A stretch of 64,000 nt of DNA from Gemmatimonadota bacterium (GTDB lineage: Bacteria > Gemmatimonadota > Gemmatimonadetes > Palauibacterales > Palauibacteraceae), in the NCBI GenBank assembly GCA_046758745.1, contig JBHIAV010000005.1, forward strand, positions 1 through 64,000. The letters run 5' to 3'. Position numbers and translations under genes: made by a program. Shown piece by piece: positions 8,263 to 18,044 of the stretch. Position 1 is the first letter of the stretch. Each line of letters starts with the position of its first letter. The notes below the pieces were generated by a model. That model was not told where the DNA came from, made no database searches, and was given only the letters and a program-made list of their open reading frames with translations.

Positions 8263-11200
8263 TCACCCGCCTTCGGCAGGACGATGGCGGCGCCCCAGGA
8301 AGCGCGTATGGTAAGCCTCCAGATACCGCCGGTGCGCCTCGTCCGCCGGATACGCCTCGTCCGCGCCGTACGGGTAGCGCGACATGGCGTGGAAGGGCAG
8401 CGGCTCCACCGTGCCGCCCTCGGCCGTGTTGAGATCGGCGTCCTTGAGCCACCCGTCGCTGTACAGAAGGAAGTCGCGCCTCCACCCGGGCTCGAGCGGC
8501 GGAGCCTGCGTGGCGTCGAACTCCACCGTCATCTCATCCCCCGCCGCCAGAACGACATAGCGGTCGTCCGCCGCCCGGAGCAGCGGCTGCACGTCTCCGT
8601 ACCGGGTGTAGCGCCCCTCCATCGGCCGCCACCTGGGCTCGGTCGAAACGTCCCCGTAGTCGAACCACTGGGGGCCGTAGCGACCGCCCTTCCGGAACTC
8701 CCTCGAGAAGCCCCGGAAGTGGAGGTGAGCGGCCACCGGCTCCAAGGTCGTGCGACGGATCGGGGCGCGCACCGTCCCCACCGAGACGAAGGCGCGGTCC
8801 CAGTAGATCTGCATGCTGGTGCGGATGCGGACGCGGTGATCGTCGGTCGGGAAGCTGCCGCTGAGATCCACGACGACGGTCTTCTCCTTGCCGGTCGGGA
8901 AGCCCATCTCCTCGATCGCGGTCAGCCAATGCCCTTGCCGATCCACCACCTGGAGGTGCGGGCGGACCAGCTTCGTGGCGGCCGACTGAGCGAGGGCGAC
9001 GTTGATGCTCGCGTCGGTCGGAAAGATCCACCCCTGAAGGAACAGCCGCACCGGCTCGTCCGAGGCGAACGGGCCGAGGTCGAGGATCAGGTCGTGGAGA
9101 CGCGTGATCCCCTGGTAGCGATCCGCCTCGAGGGCGGAGACGTACAGGGCATCCCTCTCGCGAAGCTGCGGCAGGAGATCGCGTCCCTCTCCGTCCGTGG
9201 CCGAGACGGGCGGGTGCGTCTCCGCCACCTGGTGCAGGTCGAAGAAGGGGATGTCCGGGGGGACGAAGCGCTCGTCCACGTACAGCTCGATCGAATCGGG
9301 ATGGTCCAGAACGACGAGCTTCAGCTCATCCAGGTACGCCGTCTCCCACAGCTCCTCCGTGATCTGGAGCGAATAGAGGCCGTCCCGCTCCCGGAGCATC
9401 TCGCCCGGAATCCGCAGGTGCTCGCGCGAGGCGTCCGGCGGTGCATAGGCGGTCGAGCCGGCCATGATCCCGAGCGGCATACCGATGGCGCTCCGCCACA
9501 TGATATCGGTGACGAAGGAGTAGCTCGCGCCGTCCCACGCGTACAGGAAGGCGCACGATCCCTTCAGCGCCTGCTCCTCCACCAGCGTATGGTCGGCCGG
9601 CGGGGTGAAGGAGTTCTGCGGGACGCCGTTCGTCCACGTCACCCGCACGACGTCGGCCGCCGAGCGGGCGCCGAGGCCGAAGTGGGTGAGCGGCTCCGTG
9701 ACGACCCGTGTCTGGTACAGGTCGCCGGCCCGGAGCTCGAGCTTCGCACCGATCCCGAAGTGGTTGTTCTTCCCGCTCCCGGTCGACAGCCCGACGAGCC
9801 GCACCGCGAGGTACCGGTTCGCGTCTCCACCGTCGTTGCGCAGGAGGTGGACGCTCCCATCCAGGCCGGCCGTGAAGATGTCGAGGTCTCCGTCTCCGTC
9901 GTGATCGGCCGTCGCCAGCCGGCGGGCCGCTCCGAGACCGCTCGGGAGGAGGGGGGAGGCGTCGGTGAAGCTTCCGGTCCCGTCGTTCCGGAGGAGCCGG
10001 ACACCCGGCCCGTCGCTCTTGCCCGGCATTCCGGCGACCGCCAGGTCGAGGTGCCCATCGTTGTCGAAGTCGAGGAAGGCCGCGTCGAGGCCGCGGAAGG
10101 CGGAGAGGGACCGCAGCGATCCGGCGGAGCGGCGATCCGGCTCGAACGTCCCATCGCCGCGGTTGGTGTACAGGAGATGCCGCCCGGCGCCGGCTGTCGA
10201 CGTCGCGAAGATGTCGAGAAAGCCGTCGTTGTCGTAGTCACCGACGGCCAGCGCGGCCACGCCGACCGAGATCGCGAGACCGCTCGCCTCGGTGACGTCG
10301 GCGAAGCGTCCCTGCCGCAGGTTCGCGTACAGGACCAGCCCCGCATCGCCCGCCGCGAGGAGATCGAGATCCGCATCGTCGTCGAAGTCTCCGAACGCCG
10401 CATCGCGGCTCGCCGTCTCGCCGCCGGCCACGCCCGCACGCGCCGCCAGCTCGAGGAAGGTGCCATCGCCGTTGTTGCGGTGGAGCCTATCGCTCTCGCG
10501 CCTGGCCACGAACAGATCCAGGTCCCCTTCGTGGTCGAGGTCGGCGAAGAGGGCGGCGAGCTCGACGGGTGCTTCCCCGGGGCCGGCGACGGCCGTGCCG
10601 GGCTCCGCCTCCCGAGCGAGCCCCGCCAGGTCGGTGACCTCCTGAAACATGCCGCCTCCCCGGTTCCGGAAGAGCTGGCCGGGGCTCCGTGAGGCCAGCG
10701 CCAGATAGAGGTCCAGATCCCCATCGTTGTCGTAGTCGGCGAAGGCCGCGGCGCCGGACACGCCGGCGTTCGCCAGCCCCGCTTCAGCGGTCGCTTCCGC
10801 GAAGCGGCCGGCATCGTTCCGGAGAAGGACCGGCGTTTGGGAAGCGTCCGGCGACGAGCGGGTCAGGAGGAGGTCCACATCGCCGTCCCCGTCGTAGTCG
10901 GCGGCGGCGAGGCTCAGCCCCCACTCCAGGGCGGCGTCCGCCTCGACGGGAGAGGCCCGGAGGACGTCCAGTCCCGCCTCGGCGCCCATGTCGGTAAAGC
11001 GAAGGGCGGCGAGCGGGGCTCCCTCCCGCTCCGCCCGGGCCGAGAAGGCCTCGCTGAAGGTCCGGATCGGGAAGCCGATCGATGCGCCTCCCGGCCCTTC
11101 GAGGTCGATGATGCCGGCCTGATACAGCGGGATCGGGCGGAGGAGGTTGTGGAGGGCGAGCGCGGCGGGCAGCGCTGCCTCCGCGTCGCCGGCGCGCGCG

Positions 11201-11979
11201 AGCCGAAGCGCCTCATCGTACGCCTCCCTCGTCTGCCGGGCCATCTCGCCGAGCTGGCCCGCCAGAGCTTCGAGCTGTGCCGCTGCGGAGTCGCTCTCGC
11301 CACCCCGGAGGAGCGCTTCGATGAGGTGCAGGCGCAGCGCCACGTTGCCCGGATCGGCCACGACGGCCCGTCCGAGGTACTCGGCCCGTCGCGCCGACGC
11401 GTCCTCCCCTCCATCCCGAGCGAGCAGCTCGGAGAGGGTGTACAGCGTCCTCACGTGAGCGGGGGTGCGCGCCAGCGTCCCCTCGAGCGTCCGGATCGCC
11501 TCTGAGAGGTGCGCGGCGAGCTCCTGGTTCTTGGCCAGGATCAGCCGGATGTCGGGATCGTTCGGAGCGATGTCGAGGGCCCGTCCCAGCTCGGCATCCG
11601 CCTCCTCGTATCGGCCCAACCGGAGGTACACGAGGCCGAGATCCGCGTACCCGAGCGCCTCCCTCGGCACCAGGGCGATCACCCTGCGCAGCTCCTCCTC
11701 GGCCTCCGGGAGCCGGTTCTCCTCGAGGTACGCCAGCCCCAGGGTGCGGGCTGTGATGGCGGCCACCCGCTCGCGCGCCGTCCCTTCCCGATCGGCGCAG
11801 CCGGCGCTCAGGGTGGCCAGCAGGCCGAGAGCGCAGAGAGCGCAGAGGAGGGACCCGGATCGAGGAGCGGCGAGGCGGAAGGTGACTGCGCGTCCCGGCC
11901 GACGCACGGCGGGTTCGCCACATCGCCCGGGAAGGCGGCGCCCTCGCGGCGCGACCCCGCGGCATCCGGGGCCGGTCAC
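8263..11979 (-). CDS. Large TPR + FG-GAP + ASPIC/UnbV lipoprotein with an extra C-terminal domain
   Basis: Start reassigned to GTG at 11979 (GTGA overlap); lipobox LSAGC; TPRs, then DxDxDGDxD repeats, THFGLG, then a GSCAFLYAWDG...FVTD domain. Confidence 0.85.
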   Translation of the reverse strand: MTGPGCRGVAPRGRRLPGRCGEPAVRRPGRAVTFRLAAPRSGSLLCALCALGLLATLSAGCADREGTARERVAAITARTLGLAYLEENRLPEAEEELRRVIALVPREALGYADLGLVYLRLGRYEEADAELGRALDIAPNDPDIRLILAKNQELAAHLSEAIRTLEGTLARTPAHVRTLYTLSELLARDGGEDASARRAEYLGRAVVADPGNVALRLHLIEALLRGGESDSAAAQLEALAGQLGEMARQTREAYDEALRLARAGDAEAALPAALALHNLLRPIPLYQAGIIDLEGPGGASIGFPIRTFSEAFSARAEREGAPLAALRFTDMGAEAGLDVLRASPVEADAALEWGLSLAAADYDGDGDVDLLLTRSSPDASQTPVLLRNDAGRFAEATAEAGLANAGVSGAAAFADYDNDGDLDLYLALASRSPGQLFRNRGGGMFQEVTDLAGLAREAEPGTAVAGPGEAPVELAALFADLDHEGDLDLFVARRESDRLHRNNGDGTFLELAARAGVAGGETASRDAAFGDFDDDADLDLLAAGDAGLVLYANLRQGRFADVTEASGLAISVGVAALAVGDYDNDGFLDIFATSTAGAGRHLLYTNRGDGTFEPDRRSAGSLRSLSAFRGLDAAFLDFDNDGHLDLAVAGMPGKSDGPGVRLLRNDGTGSFTDASPLLPSGLGAARRLATADHDGDGDLDIFTAGLDGSVHLLRNDGGDANRYLAVRLVGLSTGSGKNNHFGIGAKLELRAGDLYQTRVVTEPLTHFGLGARSAADVVRVTWTNGVPQNSFTPPADHTLVEEQALKGSCAFLYAWDGASYSFVTDIMWRSAIGMPLGIMAGSTAYAPPDASREHLRIPGEMLRERDGLYSLQITEELWETAYLDELKLVVLDHPDSIELYVDERFVPPDIPFFDLHQVAETHPPVSATDGEGRDLLPQLRERDALYVSALEADRYQGITRLHDLILDLGPFASDEPVRLFLQGWIFPTDASINVALAQSAATKLVRPHLQVVDRQGHWLTAIEEMGFPTGKEKTVVVDLSGSFPTDDHRVRIRTSMQIYWDRAFVSVGTVRAPIRRTTLEPVAAHLHFRGFSREFRKGGRYGPQWFDYGDVSTEPRWRPMEGRYTRYGDVQPLLRAADDRYVVLAAGDEMTVEFDATQAPPLEPGWRRDFLLYSDGWLKDADLNTAEGGTVEPLPFHAMSRYPYGADEAYPADEAHRRYLEAYHTRFLGRRHRPAEGG

Positions 11980-13775
11980 GGCAGCACGGCGCCGGCCCGT
12001 TCGGCCATCACCACCAGCCCCGAGCTCTCCGAGATCACGTACTCCCGGCCCGCGCGAAGGGGACCGAGGCGAAGGGTGTCGCCGGTGGTCGGCCATCGCA
12101 CCGTCGTGCTGTCCGCCCGGGAGTGCGCGCCCAGACCGAAAACGAGCGGGTTCATCTCCGATTGGGAGAGATAGGAGGAGCCGGTGCGCACCATGCGGCG
12201 CTGGTGGAGGTCGCCCGCGTGCACCGTCACCACCGCGCCGATCGCGTCCAGGTTCGGGGCGTTCCCCCGCAGACGAAGGCGCATCCAGTTCGCCCCGGCG
12301 GGCAGGTCGTTGCGCAGGAGCTTCGGCGCACCGCCGTTCACCGTGATCAGGAGGTCCGCGTCCCCGTCGCGGTCGATATCCGCCGCGGCCAGCCCCCGCC
12401 CCACGACGGGCTCGGCCAGCGCGCCACCCACGGCAACCGTGATGTCGTGGAGGTGGCCCCGACCGTCGTTGTGCAGGAGCTGGGGCGGTTGGGCGAAGGT
12501 GATCTCCCTCTGCACCGTGTTGATGGCGGGCTCGATGTGGCCGTTGGCCAGCAGGAGATCCCGGTGGCCATCCAGGTCCACATCCACGAACCGGAGGCCG
12601 AAGGTGAGCGGAAGGAGGGTCGGGTTCGTGAGCCCCGCCGCTCCCGCGCGGTCCAGGAAGAGGTCGTCGCCGATCTGTGTGTACAGGGAGACAGGCTCCC
12701 GGGAGAAGTTCCCGATGGCGATCGACAGCCGATCTTCTCCGATCACCTCCGCCACGTCGATTCCCATCCCGGCCCTCGCCCGGCCGAACTCGTCGTACCC
12801 GACGCCGGCGCGCAGGGCGATGTCGGTGAACGTGCCGTCCCCGTCGTTGAGATAGAGGAAGTTGCGCTCGGTGTCGTTCGCCACGACGAGATCCGGCCAA
12901 CCGTCATCGTTGAAGTCGGAGACGGCGATGCCGAGCGACTTGCCGTCGCGGTTCAGCACGCCGGCGCTCGCCGTGACATCGTCGAACCGCCTTCCCTCCC
13001 GGTTGCGGTACAGCCGACACGACTCGCCTTCGTACGGCTGGGGCGTGGCGTAGGACTTCGTCTTCCCATCGAGCGTCGTGAAGAGATCCGTCGCCGGCGT
13101 CCAGCGCACGTAGTTGCACACGAAGAGGTCGAGCCAGCCGTCCCGATCGACGTCGAGCCATGCCGCCGCGGTCGACCAGGCCGGGAACGCCCCCGGCTCG
13201 TCGCCGTTGCCGAGCACGCCCGCCGCTGCCGCGACATCGGTGAACCGACCTCCGTCGTTGCGCAGGAGCAGGTTGTCTCCCACCGCCGTGAGATAGATGT
13301 CGGGGTCTCCGTCGGCGTCGTAGTCGGCGAAGGCGCTTCCCATGCCGTAGACCGTGAGATCGAGGCCGGCTTGCCGGGTGACGTCATCGAAGCGACCGTC
13401 GCCGCGGTTCCGATACAGCCGTGGAGTGGGTTGCTCTCGGTCCGTCTCGTGTCCGGGCCACTCCATTCCGTTCACGAGGAAGAGGTCGGGCCACCCGTCG
13501 CCGTCGTAGTCGAGGAAGCCGCCTCCGCTCCCCATCGTCTCCGGCATCCACTTCGCCCCGAAGGCGCCGGTCTCGTGCGTGAAGACGATGCCGGCCTCGT
13601 GCGTCACATCCACGAAGCGTAAAGGCGGGATGACCTGGGCGGGGTCGGCAGCGGCGTCTGCCGACTCCGCGTACTCGGCCGGCGGGGTGCTCGTGGCCGG
13701 CTCGCCCCGGCCGCACGCGGCGAGAGCGGCGACCCAGGCGAGGAGCACGGAGCCGCCGTGCACGGCCCGCATCAC
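11976..13775 (-). CDS. CRTAC1-like lipoprotein (FG-GAP + ASPIC/UnbV)
   Basis: Lipobox ALAAC; MPETMGSGGGFLDYDGDG; GRGLAAADIDRDGDADL; GSSYLSQSE...VFGLG. Confidence 0.9.
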   Translation of the reverse strand: MMRAVHGGSVLLAWVAALAACGRGEPATSTPPAEYAESADAAADPAQVIPPLRFVDVTHEAGIVFTHETGAFGAKWMPETMGSGGGFLDYDGDGWPDLFLVNGMEWPGHETDREQPTPRLYRNRGDGRFDDVTRQAGLDLTVYGMGSAFADYDADGDPDIYLTAVGDNLLLRNDGGRFTDVAAAAGVLGNGDEPGAFPAWSTAAAWLDVDRDGWLDLFVCNYVRWTPATDLFTTLDGKTKSYATPQPYEGESCRLYRNREGRRFDDVTASAGVLNRDGKSLGIAVSDFNDDGWPDLVVANDTERNFLYLNDGDGTFTDIALRAGVGYDEFGRARAGMGIDVAEVIGEDRLSIAIGNFSREPVSLYTQIGDDLFLDRAGAAGLTNPTLLPLTFGLRFVDVDLDGHRDLLLANGHIEPAINTVQREITFAQPPQLLHNDGRGHLHDITVAVGGALAEPVVGRGLAAADIDRDGDADLLITVNGGAPKLLRNDLPAGANWMRLRLRGNAPNLDAIGAVVTVHAGDLHQRRMVRTGSSYLSQSEMNPLVFGLGAHSRADSTTVRWPTTGDTLRLGPLRAGREYVISESSGLVVMAERAGAVLP

Positions 13776-16768
13776 CGGACTTTCCCGATCGTCAGCTCGT
13801 GCGTTCGGATCGCCTGCGACATCAGGTTGGCGCCGGGGTTCCGCAACCGGTAGGCGCGCGTGATCTCCTTGGCCGATTCATCCACGCGGTAGTACTCGTA
13901 CGCCGCCTCGGCCGCGGCGGCCTCCCCCTCCCGACCGAGCGCCCGTAAGCTCAGCATCCGGTGATAGTGCGCGATCCGATCCTCCGGATCGATCTCCAGC
14001 ACCCGCCCGAACGCTTCCAGCGCCCGCCCGTACTCCTCATTCAGATAGTAGGTGCGGCCGAGGTTGCGCCACGTCGCCCGGTCGTTCGGAAACTCCTCGA
14101 GGACCCTCCGATACGCGGCCGCGGCCTCCCCGTAGCGTCCGTCCTCCTGACGGGCGATGCCCCACACCCATGCCGCGCGCGCGTCGCCCGGACGGATCGT
14201 CTCGCTCCTTCGAAGATACTCGTAGGCCCGTGGAAGATTGCCGTCCCGGATGGCCACCCGAGCGAGGTTGAGCGGCCCGTCGATCCGGTCCGGCCGAAGC
14301 TCCGCCACCCGCTCGAAGGCGAGCGCCGCCCCTCGCGTGTTCCCCTCCATCAGCAGGCCGATCCCGTAATCGTTGTACCGCACCCACTCGGAGGAGTCCT
14401 CCGGCTGCGCGCTCTCGGAGACGTGGTCCATCCTCACGCGTTTCTTCTCGTTCCACATCTCCGGAGCCGCCGCCAGCGTGCCGTGACCCCCCGCGTCCGT
14501 CGCCGTCGCGGCGCGACCGCCCGCGCCGGCCACCTCCAGCGTCACCTCGTCCGCCGCGATCTCGCTGATCGGGAGGTCGGGCACGGCGGTGAAGCCCCGG
14601 AAGCCCTCGCGGTTGGCGTGAAACGCGAACTCCGTGTATCGCCGGGTGAACTTCCGCCACAGGAGGCGCGCCCGCAGGGTGATCCTCCGTCCCGCCAGCC
14701 GCGGCGGAACCGTGAACTCGTAGTGGGCGAGGTCCGCGGTGCCCGGGCGGATGACGTTCGCGAATACGGCGGCGCGGATGTCCTGCGCGTTCCTCCGGTC
14801 GATGAGCTCTCCGTGTCTGTCGAGGAGTACGGCGCCGTAGCGGTGCGCCAGGGGATCGAGGTGCCCATCCGGCCCCACGTAGCCGCTCATCGCCAGCACC
14901 CGTCCGTCCTGATCCCACAGGCTGAACTCGAGCCACCCTTCGTTCGAGTCGTTCGTGCCCCCCGGGAAGGTGTGCCCCACGCCCCGGTTGCGGACGACCA
15001 CGTCGACCGTCACCCGCCGGCCCGCTCGGAGGAGGGGCCGCGTCCGGTCCAGGGCCATCACGGGATCCCGGCGCGAACCGCCGGTCAGCGCGAAGATGTC
15101 GACGCGAAGCTTGTCGTCTCGGAGGAACTCCTCGATCCGTTCGATCATCTCGCTGTCCCCTCGCAGGAACGGGAGGGCCGTGTTCACGGCGAGAAAGCGG
15201 TGCGAGCGCACGAGACCGCTCTTCGCGGCGACGTCCCCGAGGGGGGCCGGCTCCGCCGGCATGTGGCAGTCCTGGCAGACCCGTCGGCGCGGCGGCAGAT
15301 AGAAGGTTCGGGCCGCGTTGCGCGAGATGCCGCTGTCGTCCCAGTTGTCGAACTCGTCCTGTCCGCGCAGCCACCGGTAGTTGTTGACGGGCACGGCCAG
15401 GCTGACCTTGTGGCACGCAGAGCAGAACTCGGGATCGCGGAAGAAGGGCCGCAGCATGAGGCGCTTGTGTACGGCCGGCCGCGCCTTGATCGCGGCGTCG
15501 TGGAGGAAGGAGCGGAGTGTCCCCGTCCCGGCATCCGCGAAGATGTAGGGGTCCGTCCGATCGTCGGCGATGTTGTAGGTCCCGTTTCCGGTGCGGTCGT
15601 GGATGCGGTCGATCGCGTGACACGCCAGGCAGGTAAGCCCGGCCTGCGCCTCCGGCGTCTCGCGCTCCACCTCGAACGGCATCCTCCCAGGCAGGAGAAG
15701 CACCGGATCGTGGCAAGCCGCGCACCACTTGCTCTTCACGTGGCCGACCGCTCCGGACTCCTCGGGATACTGCTCGAGGTGGGCTGCCAGCCACGCGTTC
15801 GGCTCATTCGATCGCTCCCTGAGGTCGTTGACCGTCGCCTCGTAGAAGGGGTTGTTGAAGGAGGCGAAGCGGTGCGCCGAGCTCTCCCACTGCCGAACCA
15901 CGTCCAGGTGGCAGCGGGCGCAGCTCTCGGCGCCCACCGTCGCCACCTGGAGCCGGCCGTACCGCTCGAGCTCCCTGCGCAGCTCCTCCGGCCGAGGCAC
16001 GTCTCCACCCGTGAGGACGCGGGACGGCGCATGCCGGCCCGACGAGGTGGTGGCGGCGGAGGGGAAGAAGGGGCTCCCCGGGGAGACGAACGCGGCGGGA
16101 AGGAAGCCCGACGTGCCTTCGGGCCGGGGGGGGTCGGTCACGTGGCTCCCGCCGGCGTCGTCACCGACTCCGGCTGCTCGTGGCTCCCGGTTCGCCAATC
16201 CGTGCCACGCCCCCAGCACGAGCGTGAGCGCGAGGGTGACGGCGACGAAGCGCCGGAAACGGGCGGCAGGCGGCCTCGCGAAGCTCACCCTGCGATGCAC
16301 GAGATACAGGAGAGGAACCAGGGCGGCGACGACCACGTGCGCCCACCACGCCCACCGGTTCTGTCGGCTGGCGGCGGCCGTCAGGATGAACAGGCCGGTC
16401 GCGGCCAGGGAGAGGCCGAGAGCCACGAAGAGCAGGCCCGAAACGATGCTCGATCGGTGACGGCGCCTCCACACCTTCGGCAGGTGACTCACTGCGAAGA
16501 CGATGAGAAGCGTCGCGAGCAGGAGGCCGACGCCCGTGTGCGTGAGCACCATCGCCTGAAGGAGCTTGGGAAGCGAGAGCTCCCCCGGAACGAAGAAGCG
16601 CCAGCCGATGGCTGCCGCCGCTCTATGGAAGAGAAGATAGAGCGTGTTGGCGAGCATGAACGCGGCAAGCGCCAGGGCGACGCCCAGGAAGCGCTTGAGG
16701 GTGCGCGGCAGGAGCGACGGCAGCACGTCCCGCGGCGGCCGCGGGCTCGGGCCGTTCACCTGGCCCAC
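13772..16768 (-). CDS. Membrane-bound multiheme cytochrome c with C-terminal TPRs
   Basis: About 5 N-terminal TM helices; five CxxCH motifs (CARCH, CAACH, CLACH, CSACH, CQDCH); GHTFPGG motif; TPR tail. Confidence 0.85.
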   Translation of the reverse strand: MGQVNGPSPRPPRDVLPSLLPRTLKRFLGVALALAAFMLANTLYLLFHRAAAAIGWRFFVPGELSLPKLLQAMVLTHTGVGLLLATLLIVFAVSHLPKVWRRRHRSSIVSGLLFVALGLSLAATGLFILTAAASRQNRWAWWAHVVVAALVPLLYLVHRRVSFARPPAARFRRFVAVTLALTLVLGAWHGLANREPRAAGVGDDAGGSHVTDPPRPEGTSGFLPAAFVSPGSPFFPSAATTSSGRHAPSRVLTGGDVPRPEELRRELERYGRLQVATVGAESCARCHLDVVRQWESSAHRFASFNNPFYEATVNDLRERSNEPNAWLAAHLEQYPEESGAVGHVKSKWCAACHDPVLLLPGRMPFEVERETPEAQAGLTCLACHAIDRIHDRTGNGTYNIADDRTDPYIFADAGTGTLRSFLHDAAIKARPAVHKRLMLRPFFRDPEFCSACHKVSLAVPVNNYRWLRGQDEFDNWDDSGISRNAARTFYLPPRRRVCQDCHMPAEPAPLGDVAAKSGLVRSHRFLAVNTALPFLRGDSEMIERIEEFLRDDKLRVDIFALTGGSRRDPVMALDRTRPLLRAGRRVTVDVVVRNRGVGHTFPGGTNDSNEGWLEFSLWDQDGRVLAMSGYVGPDGHLDPLAHRYGAVLLDRHGELIDRRNAQDIRAAVFANVIRPGTADLAHYEFTVPPRLAGRRITLRARLLWRKFTRRYTEFAFHANREGFRGFTAVPDLPISEIAADEVTLEVAGAGGRAATATDAGGHGTLAAAPEMWNEKKRVRMDHVSESAQPEDSSEWVRYNDYGIGLLMEGNTRGAALAFERVAELRPDRIDGPLNLARVAIRDGNLPRAYEYLRRSETIRPGDARAAWVWGIARQEDGRYGEAAAAYRRVLEEFPNDRATWRNLGRTYYLNEEYGRALEAFGRVLEIDPEDRIAHYHRMLSLRALGREGEAAAAEAAYEYYRVDESAKEITRAYRLRNPGANLMSQAIRTHELTIGKVR

Positions 16769-17285
16769 CTGCCCATCTCCGGCGACATGCAGCTTTCCTT
16801 CACAGCTCCCGTCGTACGCAAGCGGCCTCTTCCATGACTCCTTTCAAGACTCCCTCCGCCCGGCAAGCGGTTCTTCCGACCGCCTCGGCCTACGACCCCG
16901 GACGTAGGCAGGCGGCCGCTCGGAGCCCGGACGGCCGCGCTCGGCCCCCCTTCTCCGAAACGGGAAGATAGTCCGTAGCGGGAGGCCCTGGAAGAAGAAC
17001 CGAGCTCTCCGAAGGCGAGCCCCAGCCCCCCCGGCTGGCATCCGGAGAGCTCCTTCCGAAGGTGCGGCGCCCCGCATGGCCCCGGTGGGACCTTTTTTCA
17101 CCCGCCGCCGGCGTCACCTAACCTCATACGTGACATTATATGACATGAAATAAGCCGCTTTGTGCACGACACTTGGTCTACTGACGCCAGCGCGGGGAAC
17201 GCGCGTTGCAGCCGAGCAGGGCGGCGGGACAGGAGAGAAAGGCAGGAGCGGACATCCCTGGACTCCAGCAGACATCGGTGAAGTC

Positions 17286-18044
17286 ATGCGCAGGATCACA
17301 GCGCGAGCCTTCTTCATGGCCAAGCTCCTCCTCCCCTCCGCGGCGCTGGCGCAGGGCGCCGGACCGCTGCACAAGAGCGAACTGGTGCGGCTGCTCGCCG
17401 TCCGGCCGGAGTCGGAGGAGGAGCTCGCGGCGCTGGTCCGCGAGCACTGCCTGGCGTTCACCCCCACCGATCGCGATCGAGCCGACCTCATCAAGCTTCG
17501 TGCGGGCGAGGGGGTCTTGCAGGCGATTCGGTCCTGCGAAGGGCGCGTGCGCTCCCCCTCTCGGCTCCGTCCCGCTACCCCCGCGGCAGCCGGTGGCGCC
17601 GAGCTCCTCGAGGCCCCGCCCGAGCTCCTCGATGGGACGCCGGCGTCGGAGATCATGGCCGTGGGCCTTCCGGTTCCGCAGTTCACCTCGGGCACGCCGC
17701 CTCTGGCCGGTCTGCCATCCCGATCAACCGTCGAGCAGATCGCACCCATGAGGATCGACCGGCCGCCGAGGCTCACCAACCCGGCCGAGGTCGCCCGGCT
17801 CCTCAAACAGCACTACCCGCCGGATCTCCTCCGACAGGGAATCGGAGGCAAGGTCGTCCTCCGCCTCCTGATCGACGTAGACGGACGGGTGGCTCAGACC
17901 GAGGTGGCGGAGTCGAGCTCGATCGCGAGGCTGGACGAGGCGGCCGTGCAGGTGGCGGCTAACATGCGATTCACGCCGGCCAGGGCGCGGAATCTCGAGG
18001 TCCGGACCTGGACGCGCCAGCCGGTGATCTTCACCGCCCAATAG
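17286..18044 (+). CDS. TonB C-terminal domain protein
   Basis: YPPDLLRQGIGGKVVLRLLIDVDGRV...SS...LDEAAVQVA...FTPA is the TonB_C pattern; start uncertain. Confidence 0.75.
   Translation: MRRITARAFFMAKLLLPSAALAQGAGPLHKSELVRLLAVRPESEEELAALVREHCLAFTPTDRDRADLIKLRAGEGVLQAIRSCEGRVRSPSRLRPATPAAAGGAELLEAPPELLDGTPASEIMAVGLPVPQFTSGTPPLAGLPSRSTVEQIAPMRIDRPPRLTNPAEVARLLKQHYPPDLLRQGIGGKVVLRLLIDVDGRVAQTEVAESSSIARLDEAAVQVAANMRFTPARARNLEVRTWTRQPVIFTAQ

Noticed and set aside
11980-12900. N-terminal 307 aa of the 1545-aa ORF call (similar over-extensions in the bd-like, murI, selB, larB and MlaF calls)
   Set aside because: Overlaps a real gene in another frame; the true starts fit stop/start overlaps or RBS positions downstream
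13961-16837. 958-aa plus-strand ORF (likewise 8284-10692, 31709-34108 and many other long Arg/Pro/Gly-rich ORFs)
   Set aside because: Antisense or off-frame shadows of well-supported genes, expected in high-GC DNA; no recognisable motifs
16800-16847. Short uORF (LKGVMEEAACVRREL) upstream of the multiheme gene
   Set aside because: RBS spacing is poor and there is no leader-peptide signature; unsupported without conservation data
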